Assembly (NCBI GenBank): GCA_045544735.1
Contig: JAZPZM010000172.1
Span: 1-63,157, forward strand
Origin: Eubacteriales bacterium
Lineage (GTDB): Bacteria > Bacillota > Clostridia > Oscillospirales > CAG-272
Direction of reading: 5' to 3'
Length of the DNA: 63,157 bases
Positions 7,854-17,757 of this stretch are shown one piece after another (positions within the stretch are counted from its first letter, which is position 1; every line of letters starts with the position of its first letter). The notes beneath the pieces are model-generated. The model was not told where the DNA came from. It saw nothing but the letters and a program-made list of their open reading frames with translations, and made no database searches. Both the position numbers and the translations under genes were made by a program.

Positions 7854-9130
7854 TACGGATCGTAAAAAAGAATGAGATAAGCGACGGCGAGATATTCGAC
7901 AGAATGAGTGGAGGCGCGGACGTTTCAGCCACCGTTGCCGATATTATTGCCGACGTAAGAGCGCGCGGCGACGAGGCGCTCATAGAATACGCGGCGAAAT
8001 TCGACCGCGCAGAGATAAGCGAGGTCGAGGTTCCCGCCGAGGAGATAGATGCCGCAGTAGAGGCTGTTGGCGAGGAGTATATGAATATGCTCCGTCGCGC
8101 CGCGGCGAATATCGAACGCTTCCACAAGGCACAACTACGAGAGGGCTTCGTTATCAACGATAAGGACGGCATCGTGATGGGGCAAAAGGTTCTGCCGCTT
8201 GCAAAGGCGGGACTTTACGTTCCCGGCGGAACTGCCGCCTACCCCTCGTCCGTGCTTATGAACGCGATCCCCGCACGCCTTGCGGGAGTCGGTGAGATAG
8301 TTATGGTCACCCCCCCAAGCGGCGGAGCAATACCCGCGCAGATACTTGCCGCCGCCAAGGTCGGCGGCGTTGACCGCGTTTTCCGTTGCGGCGGCGCACA
8401 GGCAGTTGCCGCGCTTGCATACGGAACGCAGACCGTTCCCGCCGTTGATAAGATAGTAGGCCCCGGTAACGCCTTCGTTGCCGAGGCAAAGCGTCAGGTT
8501 AGCGGTACGGTCGGAATTGATATGATAGCGGGCCCCAGCGAGATACTTGTAATTGCCGACGGTGCATCCGACCCCGTCATCGTTGCCGCCGACCTGCTCT
8601 CGCAGGCTGAGCACGACAGACGCGCGTCTGCCGTCCTCGTTACGACGAGCGCGGAGCTTGCCGCCGCCGTCAGCGCACAGATCGAGCGTCAGCTTGCCGT
8701 TCTGCCGCGCGTTGAGATAGCCCGCGCCTCCATCGACGACCACGGACTTATAATAATCGTTGACACTATAAAGGAAGCTATCGAAATGTCAAACCGCATA
8801 GCCCCCGAGCATCTTGAGATATGCCTTGACAATCCCTTTGATTATCTCTCCGAGATTAAGAACGCGGGCTCGGTATTCCTCGGCAGAAATTGCCCCGAGG
8901 CTCTCGGCGACTATATGGCAGGCCCGAACCACACCCTTCCCACCAGCGGAAGTGCAAGGTTCTCAAGCCCCTTGTCCGTTGACGATTTCGTTAAAAAGAT
9001 GCAGTTTACCTACTTTACCGCCGACGCTCTCGCAACTCTTGCCGACGACGTTGATGCGTTTGCGAGAAGCGAGGGACTTGACGCCCACGCAAGAAGCGTT
9101 ACGCGCAGATTTGGGAGAAAATACGAATGA
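7850..9130 (+). CDS. hisD: Histidinol dehydrogenase
   Basis: 'LLSQAEHD', 'GPSEILVIAD' and 'APEHLEI' motifs. ATGA overlap with hisG. Confidence 0.95.
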   Translation: MIRIVKKNEISDGEIFDRMSGGADVSATVADIIADVRARGDEALIEYAAKFDRAEISEVEVPAEEIDAAVEAVGEEYMNMLRRAAANIERFHKAQLREGFVINDKDGIVMGQKVLPLAKAGLYVPGGTAAYPSSVLMNAIPARLAGVGEIVMVTPPSGGAIPAQILAAAKVGGVDRVFRCGGAQAVAALAYGTQTVPAVDKIVGPGNAFVAEAKRQVSGTVGIDMIAGPSEILVIADGASDPVIVAADLLSQAEHDRRASAVLVTTSAELAAAVSAQIERQLAVLPRVEIARASIDDHGLIIIVDTIKEAIEMSNRIAPEHLEICLDNPFDYLSEIKNAGSVFLGRNCPEALGDYMAGPNHTLPTSGSARFSSPLSVDDFVKKMQFTYFTADALATLADDVDAFARSEGLDAHARSVTRRFGRKYE

Positions 9131-10194
9131 GCAGATTTTTGAGCAAAAAGCTCTCCTCACTTGAGGCGTATACGCCGGGTGAGCAGCCGCGAGATAAAAA
9201 ATACATCAAGCTCAACACCAACGAGTTTCCGTACCCTCCCGCGCCCGACGTTATTTCGGCGGTGAACGCCGACGAAATGCGCGCGCTTCGCCTTTATCCG
9301 GACCCTACGGGAGCAGAGCTTAAAGCAAGGCTTGCCGAGTTCTACGGCGTTGGAAGTGAAAACGTGTTCATCTCCAACGGCTCGGACGATATACTTAATT
9401 TTTCATTTATGGCGTTTTGCGATGGCGGTGCGGCTTACGCCGACATAACCTACGGCTTTTACCCCGTGTTTGCCGAGCTTTACGGCATAAACAGCAAGAT
9501 AATTCCGCTTAAAGACGATCTTTCGCTCGACGTTGACGAGTTTTGCCGCACGGATTCCACCTGCGTTATCGCAAACCCCAACGCACCCACGGGACTTGCA
9601 ATAAGCCTTGCGGACGTTGAAAGGATAGTCAGCGCAAACGAAAACAGAGTGGTAGTCGTTGACGAGGCGTACGTTGATTTCGGCGGCGAGAGTGCCGTCG
9701 CGCTTACGAAAAAATATAAAAATCTTCTCGTTTGTCAGACGTACTCGAAGTCACGCGGAATGGCAGGCGCGCGCCTCGGCTTTGCCATAGGCGACGCGGC
9801 GCTTATTGCCGACCTTGAGCTTATAAAATATTCCACTAACCCCTATAACCTCGACCGTCTTACTCTGGCGGCGGGCGTGGCGGCTCTTACTGATGACTCG
9901 CGCCGCTATTACGCCGAAAAGCAAGCGGAGCTTATGGCGACGCGCGATAGCGCAACTGCCGCGCTTACCGCACTCGGAGCAGAGGTCATTCCTTCGCTTG
10001 CGAATTTCATATTCGTAAAAATCCCGTCCGTCAGCGGAGCAGAGCTTAACGCAGAGCTTCGTCGGCGCGGAATACTCGTGCGTCATTTTAAGACCGAGCG
10101 TATCAAGGATTATAACAGAATATCCATAGGCACACCCGAGGAAATGGCGACGCTCGTCTGCGAGATCGAAAAAATCATAGGAGAAAGAAAATGA
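9127..10194 (+). CDS. hisC: Histidinol-phosphate aminotransferase
   Basis: '[10 protein letters not shown]', '[10 protein letters not shown]' and the PLP-lysine motif '[14 protein letters not shown]'. ATGA overlap with hisD. Confidence 0.95.
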   Translation: MSRFLSKKLSSLEAYTPGEQPRDKKYIKLNTNEFPYPPAPDVISAVNADEMRALRLYPDPTGAELKARLAEFYGVGSENVFISNGSDDILNFSFMAFCDGGAAYADITYGFYPVFAELYGINSKIIPLKDDLSLDVDEFCRTDSTCVIANPNAPTGLAISLADVERIVSANENRVVVVDEAYVDFGGESAVALTKKYKNLLVCQTYSKSRGMAGARLGFAIGDAALIADLELIKYSTNPYNLDRLTLAAGVAALTDDSRRYYAEKQAELMATRDSATAALTALGAEVIPSLANFIFVKIPSVSGAELNAELRRRGILVRHFKTERIKDYNRISIGTPEEMATLVCEIEKIIGERK

Positions 10195-10781
10195 GTAGAT
10201 ATCATAAAATAGACCGCAAGACCGCCGAAACGGATATTTCTCTTTCCCTGAACCTTGACGGAAGCGGAAAAAGCGAGGTAAGCACGGGCTGTGGCTTCTT
10301 TGACCATATGCTGACGCTTTTTGCCCGTCACGGCGGCTTTGACCTCACCGTCAAGTGCGACGGCGATATTGAGGTCGACGCGCACCACACCGTTGAGGAC
10401 GTGGGAATATGTCTTGGCAAGGCGTTTCGCGCTTCTCTCGGAGATATGCGCGGTATCTGCCGCTACGGTGATATCGTTCTGCCGATGGACGAGGCTCTTA
10501 TCCTTGCCGCCGTTGATATTTCGGGCAGGGCGTACCTCGGCTACCGAGTAAGCACCCCCGCCAAGAGAATAGGCAATTTTGAAACGGAGCTTTCCGAGGA
10601 ATTTTTTGCCGCATTCGTGCGCGAGGCGGGGCTTACCTTGCATCTTCGCCGCCTTGCGGGCAGAAATTCGCACCACATCATCGAGGGCTGCTTTAAGGCA
10701 GCGGCACGCGCGCTTCGCGCCGCGGTTGCGACGGACGCTCGCTTTGCCGCCGAGATACCCTCAACCAAAGGAGTTCTTTGA
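10191..10781 (+). CDS. hisB: Imidazoleglycerol-phosphate dehydratase (monofunctional)
   Basis: '[13 protein letters not shown]', '[11 protein letters not shown]' and '[12 protein letters not shown]' metal-binding motifs. No fused phosphatase domain. Confidence 0.95.
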   Translation: MSRYHKIDRKTAETDISLSLNLDGSGKSEVSTGCGFFDHMLTLFARHGGFDLTVKCDGDIEVDAHHTVEDVGICLGKAFRASLGDMRGICRYGDIVLPMDEALILAAVDISGRAYLGYRVSTPAKRIGNFETELSEEFFAAFVREAGLTLHLRRLAGRNSHHIIEGCFKAAARALRAAVATDARFAAEIPSTKGVL

Positions 10782-11422
10782 TGCTTGTTGTTATTGACTA
10801 CGGAGTGGGAAATCTTTTCTCGCTTTGCCGCTCGCTTGAGGCTATCGGGGAGTCGCCCGTCGTTACGGGGGATGCCGCCGAGATAGCAAGGGCGGACCGC
10901 ATAATCCTCCCCGGCGTTGGCGCGTTTGGCGATGCCGCCGCGCTGCTTCGCGCTACGGGACTTGATAAGGTAGTAAAGGAAAGAGCCGCCGCGGGCGTTC
11001 CCCTTATGGGAATTTGCCTTGGTATGCAGCTACTCTTCGATAAGGGCTATGAGTTTGGCGAGCACGACGGACTCGGACTTATTCCGGGTAAGGTCGTTAC
11101 GCTTAACGGATATATTCCGAAGGAGCAAAAAATACCGCAGATGGGCTGGAACGCGCTTCATTTTCCAAGCCCCGAAAAGAAGGCGGCTTGCCCCGTATTC
11201 GCGGATACGCGCGAGGGCGAATACGTTTATTTCGTCCATTCCTACTACGCCTCCGAGTGCGAGGCTGATACCGTCGCCGTCTGTGATTGCGGCGGAGTAC
11301 CCGTTACCGCCGCCGTGGCGCACAAAAACGTGGTGGGCTGTCAGTTCCACCCCGAAAAAAGCTCGGATGCGGGCCTTGCAATGCTCAGGGGCTTTTGCCG
11401 CGGCGAATTCAAAGGAGAATAA
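10778..11422 (+). CDS. hisH: Imidazole glycerol phosphate synthase, glutaminase subunit
   Basis: 'ILPGVGAFG', the catalytic Cys in 'GICLGMQLL', 'VHSYY' and 'QFHPEKS'. Confidence 0.95.
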   Translation: MMLVVIDYGVGNLFSLCRSLEAIGESPVVTGDAAEIARADRIILPGVGAFGDAAALLRATGLDKVVKERAAAGVPLMGICLGMQLLFDKGYEFGEHDGLGLIPGKVVTLNGYIPKEQKIPQMGWNALHFPSPEKKAACPVFADTREGEYVYFVHSYYASECEADTVAVCDCGGVPVTAAVAHKNVVGCQFHPEKSSDAGLAMLRGFCRGEFKGE

Positions 11423-11425
11423 CAG

Positions 11426-12145
11426 ATGCTTATCCTTCCCGCAACAGATATATACGGCGGACAGGTAGTACGCCTGCTCCGCGGAGATTATAATAAAATG
11501 ACCGTCTACGATGCAGACCCCCTCGTTCCCGCGCGTCGCTTTGAGGCGGCGGGTGCGGAGTGGCTTCACACCGTTGACCTTGAGGGCGCAAAGGAGGGCA
11601 CTACGCCCAACCTTTACGTTATCGAGCGCCTTGCGCGTGAGACCTCGCTGAAGGTCGAGATAGGCGGCGGAATACGCGACATCGCCACCGTTGATAAATA
11701 TATGGACGCGGGCGTTGCGCGCGTGATCCTCGGCACGGTGGCAGTTACCGAGCCACAGCTTGTAAGAGAAGCGGCGAAAAAATATCCCGGCAGGGTCGCC
11801 GTCGGTGCTGACCTTCGCGGAAATGCCGTTGCGATAAAGGGCTGGCTTGAGGATGCTCCGCTTGACCGCGGCGCGTTCTTTGGTTCGATGCTCGACGCGG
11901 GCGTTGACACCTTCATCGTTACCGACATCAGCCGCGACGGCGCTATGCAGGGCGCAAACACCGCGCTTTACAGAGAGCTTACCGAGGAATTCCCCGAGGC
12001 GAATTTCATTGCGTCGGGCGGCGTCAGCAGCTACGACGACGTTATCGCGCTTGCCGCCATAAAGGGCGTTTGGGGCGCAATAATCGGCAAGGCTTGCTAC
12101 ACGGGCGACATTGACGTTGCGCGTGCCGTTGAGCTTGCGCGTTAA
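11426..12145 (+). CDS. hisA: ProFAR isomerase
   Basis: 'ILPATDIYGGQVVRL', 'HTVDLEGA', 'IGGGIR' and 'IASGGVSS'. Confidence 0.95.
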   Translation: MLILPATDIYGGQVVRLLRGDYNKMTVYDADPLVPARRFEAAGAEWLHTVDLEGAKEGTTPNLYVIERLARETSLKVEIGGGIRDIATVDKYMDAGVARVILGTVAVTEPQLVREAAKKYPGRVAVGADLRGNAVAIKGWLEDAPLDRGAFFGSMLDAGVDTFIVTDISRDGAMQGANTALYRELTEEFPEANFIASGGVSSYDDVIALAAIKGVWGAIIGKACYTGDIDVARAVELAR

Positions 12146-12154
12146 GGAGGCAAA

Positions 12155-12913
12155 ATGATTACGAAAAGAATAATCCCTTGCCTTGACGTGCGCGACGGCA
12201 GAGTAGTAAAGGGCGTGAATTTCGCATCTTTGCGCGACGTTTCTTCCCCCGTCGAGCTTGCCGAGTTTTACAGCTCTTCGGGAGCTGACGAGCTTGTTTT
12301 TTACGATATCACCGCGTCAAGCGACGGCAGAAGGCTTTTTGCCGACATACTGCGCGAGACCGCAAGCCGCGTTTTCATTCCGCTGACGGTTGGCGGCGGC
12401 ATTCGCGAGGTCGAGGATTTTGACCGCGTGCTGAAATGCGGTGCGGACAAAGTCAGCGTAAATTCGGGCGCTATCACGAACCCCGATATCATACCGCGCG
12501 CCGCCGAAAAATACGGCAGTCAGTGCGTGGTTTTGAGCGTTGATATCAAGCGCGTCGACGGTGCTTTCCACGTTTTCAAGAACGGCGGAAGGATAGATAC
12601 GGGCATCGAGGCTATCGAGTGGATACGCCGAGGAGTAGAGAACGGCGCGGGCGAGATAGTAGTGAACTCCATCGACACCGACGGCGTCGGCGGCGGCTTT
12701 GACATTGAGATGCTTCGCGCCGTGTGCGACGTTGTAAAAGTTCCCGTTATCGCATCGGGCGGTGCGGGATGCACCGAGGATTTTATAAAGCTGTTTAAGG
12801 AAGTCCCCGACGTTGACGCGGGACTTGCCGCTACGGTTTTCCATTTTGGACAAATAAAGATTCCCGAACTGAAGCGAGTGCTTCGCGCCGAGGGAATAGA
12901 TATGAGGTTGTAA
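12155..12913 (+). CDS. hisF: Imidazole glycerol phosphate synthase, cyclase subunit
   Basis: 'RIIPCLDVRDGRVVKGV', 'DITAS', 'TVGGGIR' and 'VIASGGAG'. Confidence 0.95.
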   Translation: MITKRIIPCLDVRDGRVVKGVNFASLRDVSSPVELAEFYSSSGADELVFYDITASSDGRRLFADILRETASRVFIPLTVGGGIREVEDFDRVLKCGADKVSVNSGAITNPDIIPRAAEKYGSQCVVLSVDIKRVDGAFHVFKNGGRIDTGIEAIEWIRRGVENGAGEIVVNSIDTDGVGGGFDIEMLRAVCDVVKVPVIASGGAGCTEDFIKLFKEVPDVDAGLAATVFHFGQIKIPELKRVLRAEGIDMRL

Positions 12914-12914
12914 A

Positions 12915-13565
12915 ATGTTTAATAAGAATGAACTTAAGTACAATAAGGACGGGCTTATTCCCGCCATCGTAACCGACGTCAAGGACGGCGCGGTGCTTAT
13001 GCTCGCGTACATGAGCCCCGAAAGCCTTGATATCACCCTTGAGGGCGGTAAGGCTTGCTTTTTCAGCCGTTCGCGCGGCAAGCTCTGGCTCAAGGGCGAG
13101 ACTTCCGGAAATTATCTCAACGTAGTCAGCATAAAGACCGATTGCGATGCCGATACTCTGCTTATCACCGCACGTCCCGACGGACCTTCCTGCCACACGG
13201 GCGAGCGCTCCTGCTTCTTTAACGACGTTTACGAAAACGAGGACGAGGCAGAGGCATTTTCCCTTGACGGACTTATGGAAATGCTCGTAGGCAGAAAGAC
13301 CAACCCCAAGGAAGGCTCTTATACCACGTATCTTTTTGAGAAGGGAATTGACAAGATACTCAAAAAGGTCGGCGAGGAATCCACCGAGGTCATCGTTGCG
13401 GGCAAGGGCGGCGAGCGCGCCGAAACTATCTACGAGATAGCGGACCTTGCGTATCACGTAATGGTGCTTATGGTCGAAATGGGTATCTCGCTCGACGAGG
13501 TAAGGGACGAGCTTGCGTCTCGCCACGTCGTTGACAAAAAGGTCAAGCAGGAAAAAATGAAATAA
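12915..13565 (+). CDS. hisIE: Bifunctional phosphoribosyl-AMP cyclohydrolase / phosphoribosyl-ATP pyrophosphatase
   Basis: The N-terminal part is HisI ('LIPAIVTD', 'CHTGERSCFF'). The C-terminal part is HisE ('SYTTYLFEKGIDKILKKVGEESTEV', 'IYEIADLAYHVMVLM'). Confidence 0.95.
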   Translation: MFNKNELKYNKDGLIPAIVTDVKDGAVLMLAYMSPESLDITLEGGKACFFSRSRGKLWLKGETSGNYLNVVSIKTDCDADTLLITARPDGPSCHTGERSCFFNDVYENEDEAEAFSLDGLMEMLVGRKTNPKEGSYTTYLFEKGIDKILKKVGEESTEVIVAGKGGERAETIYEIADLAYHVMVLMVEMGISLDEVRDELASRHVVDKKVKQEKMK

Positions 13566-13601
13566 ATTTTCGCTCAAGGGTAAAAAAATAAATCGCAAAT
13601 A

Positions 13602-13630
13602 TTGACAATTTAATATAAAAGTTATATAAT
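13602..13630 (+). promoter_or_regulatory. Promoter of the CofE-like gene
   Basis: TTGACA (13602-13607), a 17-nt spacer, TATAAT (13625-13630). Confidence 0.7.
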
Positions 13631-13673
13631 GTATTGTAATTCTTTTTATCCGATATGAAAGGAAGATAAAAAT

Positions 13674-14864
13674 ATGGAAAGACTTATCGGAACAGTATCC
13701 CGCGGTGTTCGCGCACCCATTATCAGAAGCGGAGACGATATTGCCGCTATCGTTGCTGAAAGCGTGCTTTCCGCCGCTAAAAGCGAGGATATAGCTATCC
13801 GCGACCGTGACGTTGTTGCCGTGACCGAGGCAGTTGTTGCCCGCGCACAGGGTAATTACGCAACCGTCGAGCAGATCGCCGCTGATATTCGTGCTAAATT
13901 CCCCTCGGGTGAAGCAGCCGTAATTTTCCCCATACTCTCCCGCAACCGTTTCTCGGTCTGCCTTAAGGGTATTGCAACGGGACTTAAGAAGATGACTCTT
14001 ATGCTCAGCTATCCCTCCGACGAGGTTGGAAACCACCTCGTCAGCCTTGACGACCTTGATGCCGCAGGTATCAATCCTTGGACGGACGTTCTGACCGAGG
14101 CTGAATACCGCAAGCATTTCGGTATTCGCAAGCATACCTTTACGGGTGTTGATTATATCGAGTTTTACCGTGAGCTTATCACATCTTGCGGATGCGAGTG
14201 CGAGGTAATTCTCGCTAACGATTGCCGCGCAGCTCTTGCATATACGAAGAACGTTCTTTGCTGTGATATCCACAGCCGTCAGAGAAGCAAGCGCCTTCTC
14301 AACGCCGCAGGTGCTGAGAACGTATACGGACTTGACGACGTGCTGACCTCCTCCGTTGACGGAAGCGGCTTTAACTCAAAGTACGGACTTCTCGGCTCTA
14401 ACAAGGCAACCGACGATACCGTTAAGCTCTTCCCCGAGGGCGGCGAGAGCGTTGTTCTTGATATTCAGAAGCGCATCTACGACGCAACGGGCAAGCAGAT
14501 CGAAGTTATGATATACGGCGACGGCGCATTCAAGGACCCCGTCGGAAAGATCTGGGAGCTTGCAGACCCCGTCGTTGCACCCGCGTATACCGCAGGTCTT
14601 GACGGTCAGCCCAACGAGCTTAAGCTCAAATATCTTGCAGATAACGATTTTGCGGGACTTTCGGGCGATGAGCTGAAGAAGGCTATCTCCGAGAGGATCA
14701 AGGCGAAGGACGGAAACCTCGTTGGAAAGATGGATTCGCAGGGAACTACCCCCCGCCGTCTTACCGACCTTATCGGCTCGCTGTGCGACCTTACCTCGGG
14801 CAGCGGCGACAAGGGAACTCCTATCGTTTGGATTCAGGGCTATTTCGATAACTATACCAACTGA
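13674..14864 (+). CDS. CofE-like protein (F420-0:gamma-glutamyl ligase-type domain), function unknown
   Basis: 396 aa. '[15 protein letters not shown]...[21 protein letters not shown]' and the C-terminal '[20 protein letters not shown]' resemble the CofE/FbiB ligase fold. It has its own TTGACA-17-TATAAT promoter and a strong terminator. Confidence 0.65.
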   Translation: MERLIGTVSRGVRAPIIRSGDDIAAIVAESVLSAAKSEDIAIRDRDVVAVTEAVVARAQGNYATVEQIAADIRAKFPSGEAAVIFPILSRNRFSVCLKGIATGLKKMTLMLSYPSDEVGNHLVSLDDLDAAGINPWTDVLTEAEYRKHFGIRKHTFTGVDYIEFYRELITSCGCECEVILANDCRAALAYTKNVLCCDIHSRQRSKRLLNAAGAENVYGLDDVLTSSVDGSGFNSKYGLLGSNKATDDTVKLFPEGGESVVLDIQKRIYDATGKQIEVMIYGDGAFKDPVGKIWELADPVVAPAYTAGLDGQPNELKLKYLADNDFAGLSGDELKKAISERIKAKDGNLVGKMDSQGTTPRRLTDLIGSLCDLTSGSGDKGTPIVWIQGYFDNYTN

Positions 14865-14871
14865 TAAAATT

Positions 14872-14907
14872 AAAAAAAACAGATGGAGTGATCCATCTGT
14901 TTTTTTG
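14872..14907 (+). terminator. Strong intrinsic terminator after the CofE-like gene
   Basis: A-run, ACAGATGG-AGTGAT-CCATCTGT, then T7. Confidence 0.9.
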
Positions 14908-15125
14908 TTGCCAAATATGTGTTTTCCGACTTGATCTGTAAGAAAGAGCGCACCGCCGACGAACGATGTCGGCGCATTTTTATCAATAAATGTAAAAAAA
15001 TAACATTTAGAATAATATCAAGAAGTGTAAACACTAATTAACAAGTAATCGGGAGTTATTTTGACATAAAAGGCGAAATTTGCAACAAAAATCGAAAAAA
15101 TTTTTAACTTTTTTCGCTTAACCTA

Positions 15126-15154
15126 TTGCATTATTTTCAGCTTTGTTTTATAAT
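15126..15154 (+). promoter_or_regulatory. Pmra-type promoter of the dcw cluster
   Basis: TTGCAT (15126-15131), a 17-nt spacer, TATAAT (15149-15154). Confidence 0.65.
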
Positions 15155-15168
15155 AAAAACACCGATAA

Positions 15169-15190
15169 GGTGGAAAGTGGCTCGTGGTGG
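15169..15190 (+). promoter_or_regulatory. Candidate MraZ operator: tandem GTGG repeats with 7-8-nt periodicity
   Basis: GGTGGAAAGTGGCTCGTGGTGG, 15 nt downstream of the -10. MraZ proteins are known to bind direct (A/T)GTGG-type repeats just downstream of Pmra. Confidence 0.55.
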
Positions 15191-15281
15191 AGCGTAAGTC
15201 ACCGAATTTTCATTCTCTGAAAGAGAAATGGCAAGAGTTTCCCACCGTAAAGGGCAGAAAAACTTAGAAAGGAGAGGCGCG

Positions 15282-15719
15282 ATGATACCTGATATTCCTA
15301 TTACCGGAACGTATCGGCACAACGTCGATTCAAAGAACAGAATATTCATTCCCGCAAAGCATCGCGAAGCGATTGGCTCTCCTTTGGTCGTTTTTCCGAG
15401 CATCAGAGATAGGTCTCTTAAAATATATTCGGTAGAGGAGTGGCGCGCCTTTACCCAAAAGATAGAAACCATGGTCGCCAGAGATCGCGAGCAAGCGTTG
15501 CGCTATTATAATGAAAGCAGCGACACCCTTACTCCCGACTCGCAGGGTAGAATAGTGCTTAACCAAGATCTCGTTAATCACGCCGGGCTTTCGGGCGGAG
15601 CTGTGATCGTCGGTTGCGGTAAGTACGCGGAGATATGGTCCGTTGAAGAGTATGAAAAGAACAAGGCGAGCGTTAACGTGGACGATATCCGCGCCGCACT
15701 TGAAAGGCTCGGACTCTGA
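15282..15719 (+). CDS. mraZ: Transcriptional regulator MraZ
   Basis: Two SpoVT/AbrB-like repeats with 'DSKNRIFIPAK' and 'DSQGRIVL'. ATG 15282 follows GGAGAGG; the ORF-track start 15228 is upstream of the conserved N-terminus. Confidence 0.9.
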   Translation: MIPDIPITGTYRHNVDSKNRIFIPAKHREAIGSPLVVFPSIRDRSLKIYSVEEWRAFTQKIETMVARDREQALRYYNESSDTLTPDSQGRIVLNQDLVNHAGLSGGAVIVGCGKYAEIWSVEEYEKNKASVNVDDIRAALERLGL

Positions 15720-16663
15720 TGAGCGCGCCGCTTGAATTTTCGCATTTTTCCGTTATGCTCCCCGAAGTCATCGAGGGGCTTGATATAAAGCCCGACGGAA
15801 TATATCTTGACGGCACGGCAGGCGGAGCGGGGCATTCCTCCGTTATTGCCTCAAGGCTTACTACGGGAACTCTTATCGCGCTCGACCGCGATGCCGATGC
15901 GGTAGCGGTTGCCACGGAGCGGCTTTCCGTATACGGTGAACGCGCAAGAGTCGTAAGGGCAAATTTCGCCGATATGAAAAACGTATGCCGCGAGCTTGGT
16001 ATAGAAGCTCTTGACGGCGTGCTTCTTGACCTCGGCGTATCCTCGTATCAGCTTGATACCGCGGAGCGCGGCTTTTCCTACCTTGCCGACGCGCCGCTTG
16101 ATATGAGAATGGACAAGCGTCAGGAGCTTGATGCTTATAAGATAGTAAACGGGTACGGCGAAGCGGAGCTTTGCCGCATACTCAGAAATTGGGGCGAGGA
16201 AAAATTCGCCTCGCGTATAGCTCGCAAGATATGCGAGAGGAGAGAAAAAGCCCCCATAAGCACTACGGGCGAGCTTGTAGATATAGTAAAGGCGGCGCTC
16301 CCCGACGGCGGGCGCTCGCAAAAGCACCACCCCGCAATGCGCACGTTTCAGGCGATACGCATTGAGGTGAACGGTGAGCTTGATATAATTCCGCAAACGA
16401 TAAAGGATGCCGTGTCGCTATTAAAAACGGGCGGTCGCCTTGCCATCATCACCTTCCACTCTCTTGAGGATAGGGCGGTGAAGGAGGCTTACGCTTCGCT
16501 TGCAAGCGGCTGCACCTGTCCGCGCAATTTTCCCGTTTGCGTATGCGGAAACAAGCCGAAGATAAAATTCATCGGCAAAAAGCCGATACTTCCATCACAA
16601 GAGGAGCTTTCAAAAAACAGTCGCTCACACAGCGCAAAGCTGAGGGTGTGCGAAAAACTATAA
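15719..16663 (+). CDS. rsmH: 16S rRNA (cytosine1402-N4)-methyltransferase
   Basis: 'DGTAGGAGHS', 'DLGVSSYQLD' and 'FHSLEDR'. The start overlaps the mraZ stop (TGATG). Confidence 0.95.
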   Translation: MSAPLEFSHFSVMLPEVIEGLDIKPDGIYLDGTAGGAGHSSVIASRLTTGTLIALDRDADAVAVATERLSVYGERARVVRANFADMKNVCRELGIEALDGVLLDLGVSSYQLDTAERGFSYLADAPLDMRMDKRQELDAYKIVNGYGEAELCRILRNWGEEKFASRIARKICERREKAPISTTGELVDIVKAALPDGGRSQKHHPAMRTFQAIRIEVNGELDIIPQTIKDAVSLLKTGGRLAIITFHSLEDRAVKEAYASLASGCTCPRNFPVCVCGNKPKIKFIGKKPILPSQEELSKNSRSHSAKLRVCEKL

Positions 16664-16702
16664 AAACGTGTAGCCGACAAGGTCGGCGGAAAGGACGCAG
16701 AA

Positions 16703-17626
16703 ATGAACGCAACGTACGGAACTAACAGAGTCGTAAACGACTTTGAATCCTATGAAGATGCGCTCGCCGTATTAAAGGCACGCTATGCCAATCGCGGAGT
16801 TGCAGGTGAGGCACAGAACGCAGTAGCCGAGCAAAAAACAAGGGAAGCTGCGTCTGTCAGAGAAAATCCCGAAGCTTATCGCTACGGTGAGATAATGGAG
16901 CACGACCGCTACAACAGATACCGCACGGGTAACGGTGGTAGCGTGATGACCGTTGAGGACGTTCAGCGCATATATGAGGATGAAACGGGCAAGAGTGTGA
17001 GCGCAGAGGTGCATCGCGCCGCACATGCCGCAGGTAACGATTCGGATGCAAGACCTGCATCCCCCTACCGCGTGCTTGAGACTCGTCAGCCCGATGCCGC
17101 CAATTCTTCGGAATTCGTAGGAAAGAGGGCGCTCGTTCAGAACGGCGCGACGGAAACGGTCGCGAGAGTAGAATGCTCCGACGTGTCTGCCTACAGACGT
17201 GTTGACGGCATAATCCGCAAGTGGTTCCCAAGCGATAAGATTATAAAAGCAAAGGGCAAAAAGAGCATAAATCCCTTGTCCGCTATCGCAATGACGCTCA
17301 TTTTTTGCATCGTTCTCATGCTTCCCGTTACGCTTAGCGTAATGCTTCACAAAACGTCAAGTGAGATAGGTGCTCTCGGAGACGAGCTTCGTGAGATCGA
17401 AACTATTGCGGACGACTTGCAGGTCAAGCTCGACGATAAGAACGATCTTGCTCTTATCGAAAACCTTGCGATAAACAAGTACGGTATGATCAAGCTTGAG
17501 GAGGGCAGCTCCAAGTATCTTCGCCTTAACGGAATGGATATGATAGAGAGCTTTGACTCCAACGGTGACAACGACGTAATGCTTGCTCTGCTCAGCGCGC
17601 TCGGTATTCGCGTTTCCGACGAATAA
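16703..17626 (+). CDS. ftsL: FtsL-like cell-division protein with a long N-terminal cytoplasmic extension
   Basis: Positional equivalent of ftsL. It has a single TM ('AIAMTLIFCIVLMLPVTLSVML') followed by a coiled-coil and the septum-formation-initiator-like 'LENLAINKYGMIKLEE'. About 190 residues precede the TM. Confidence 0.7.
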   Translation: MNATYGTNRVVNDFESYEDALAVLKARYANRGVAGEAQNAVAEQKTREAASVRENPEAYRYGEIMEHDRYNRYRTGNGGSVMTVEDVQRIYEDETGKSVSAEVHRAAHAAGNDSDARPASPYRVLETRQPDAANSSEFVGKRALVQNGATETVARVECSDVSAYRRVDGIIRKWFPSDKIIKAKGKKSINPLSAIAMTLIFCIVLMLPVTLSVMLHKTSSEIGALGDELREIETIADDLQVKLDDKNDLALIENLAINKYGMIKLEEGSSKYLRLNGMDMIESFDSNGDNDVMLALLSALGIRVSDE

Positions 17627-17757
17627 AAAAACGAGTTAAATAATATAATCAATATGACCTGAAGCCATACGGCGACGGGCTGACATCGTGAACCAAACAA
17701 AAGCTACGGGGCAGCCCCTATAAACAGCTTTCTCGGCGTAAGCCGTTGCTAATCTGG

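Noticed and set aside
12831-14273. 480-aa ORF on the minus strand, opposite hisIE and the CofE-like gene
   Set aside because: It is antisense to two genes with clear homology. The translation is low-complexity with no recognisable motif and spans an intergenic promoter. This is a typical shadow ORF in GC-rich coding DNA. The same reasoning applies to 6086-6868, 8135-8743, 22597-23292, 24661-25344, 38172-39053, 39164-40045, 46444-47649 and 53521-54123.
15093-15116. AT-only palindrome CGAAAAAA-TTTTTAAC-TTTTTTCG upstream of mraZ as a regulatory site or dif-like site
   Set aside because: It is a low-complexity A/T palindrome in an AT-rich spacer. It does not resemble the Firmicutes dif consensus and has no supporting context.
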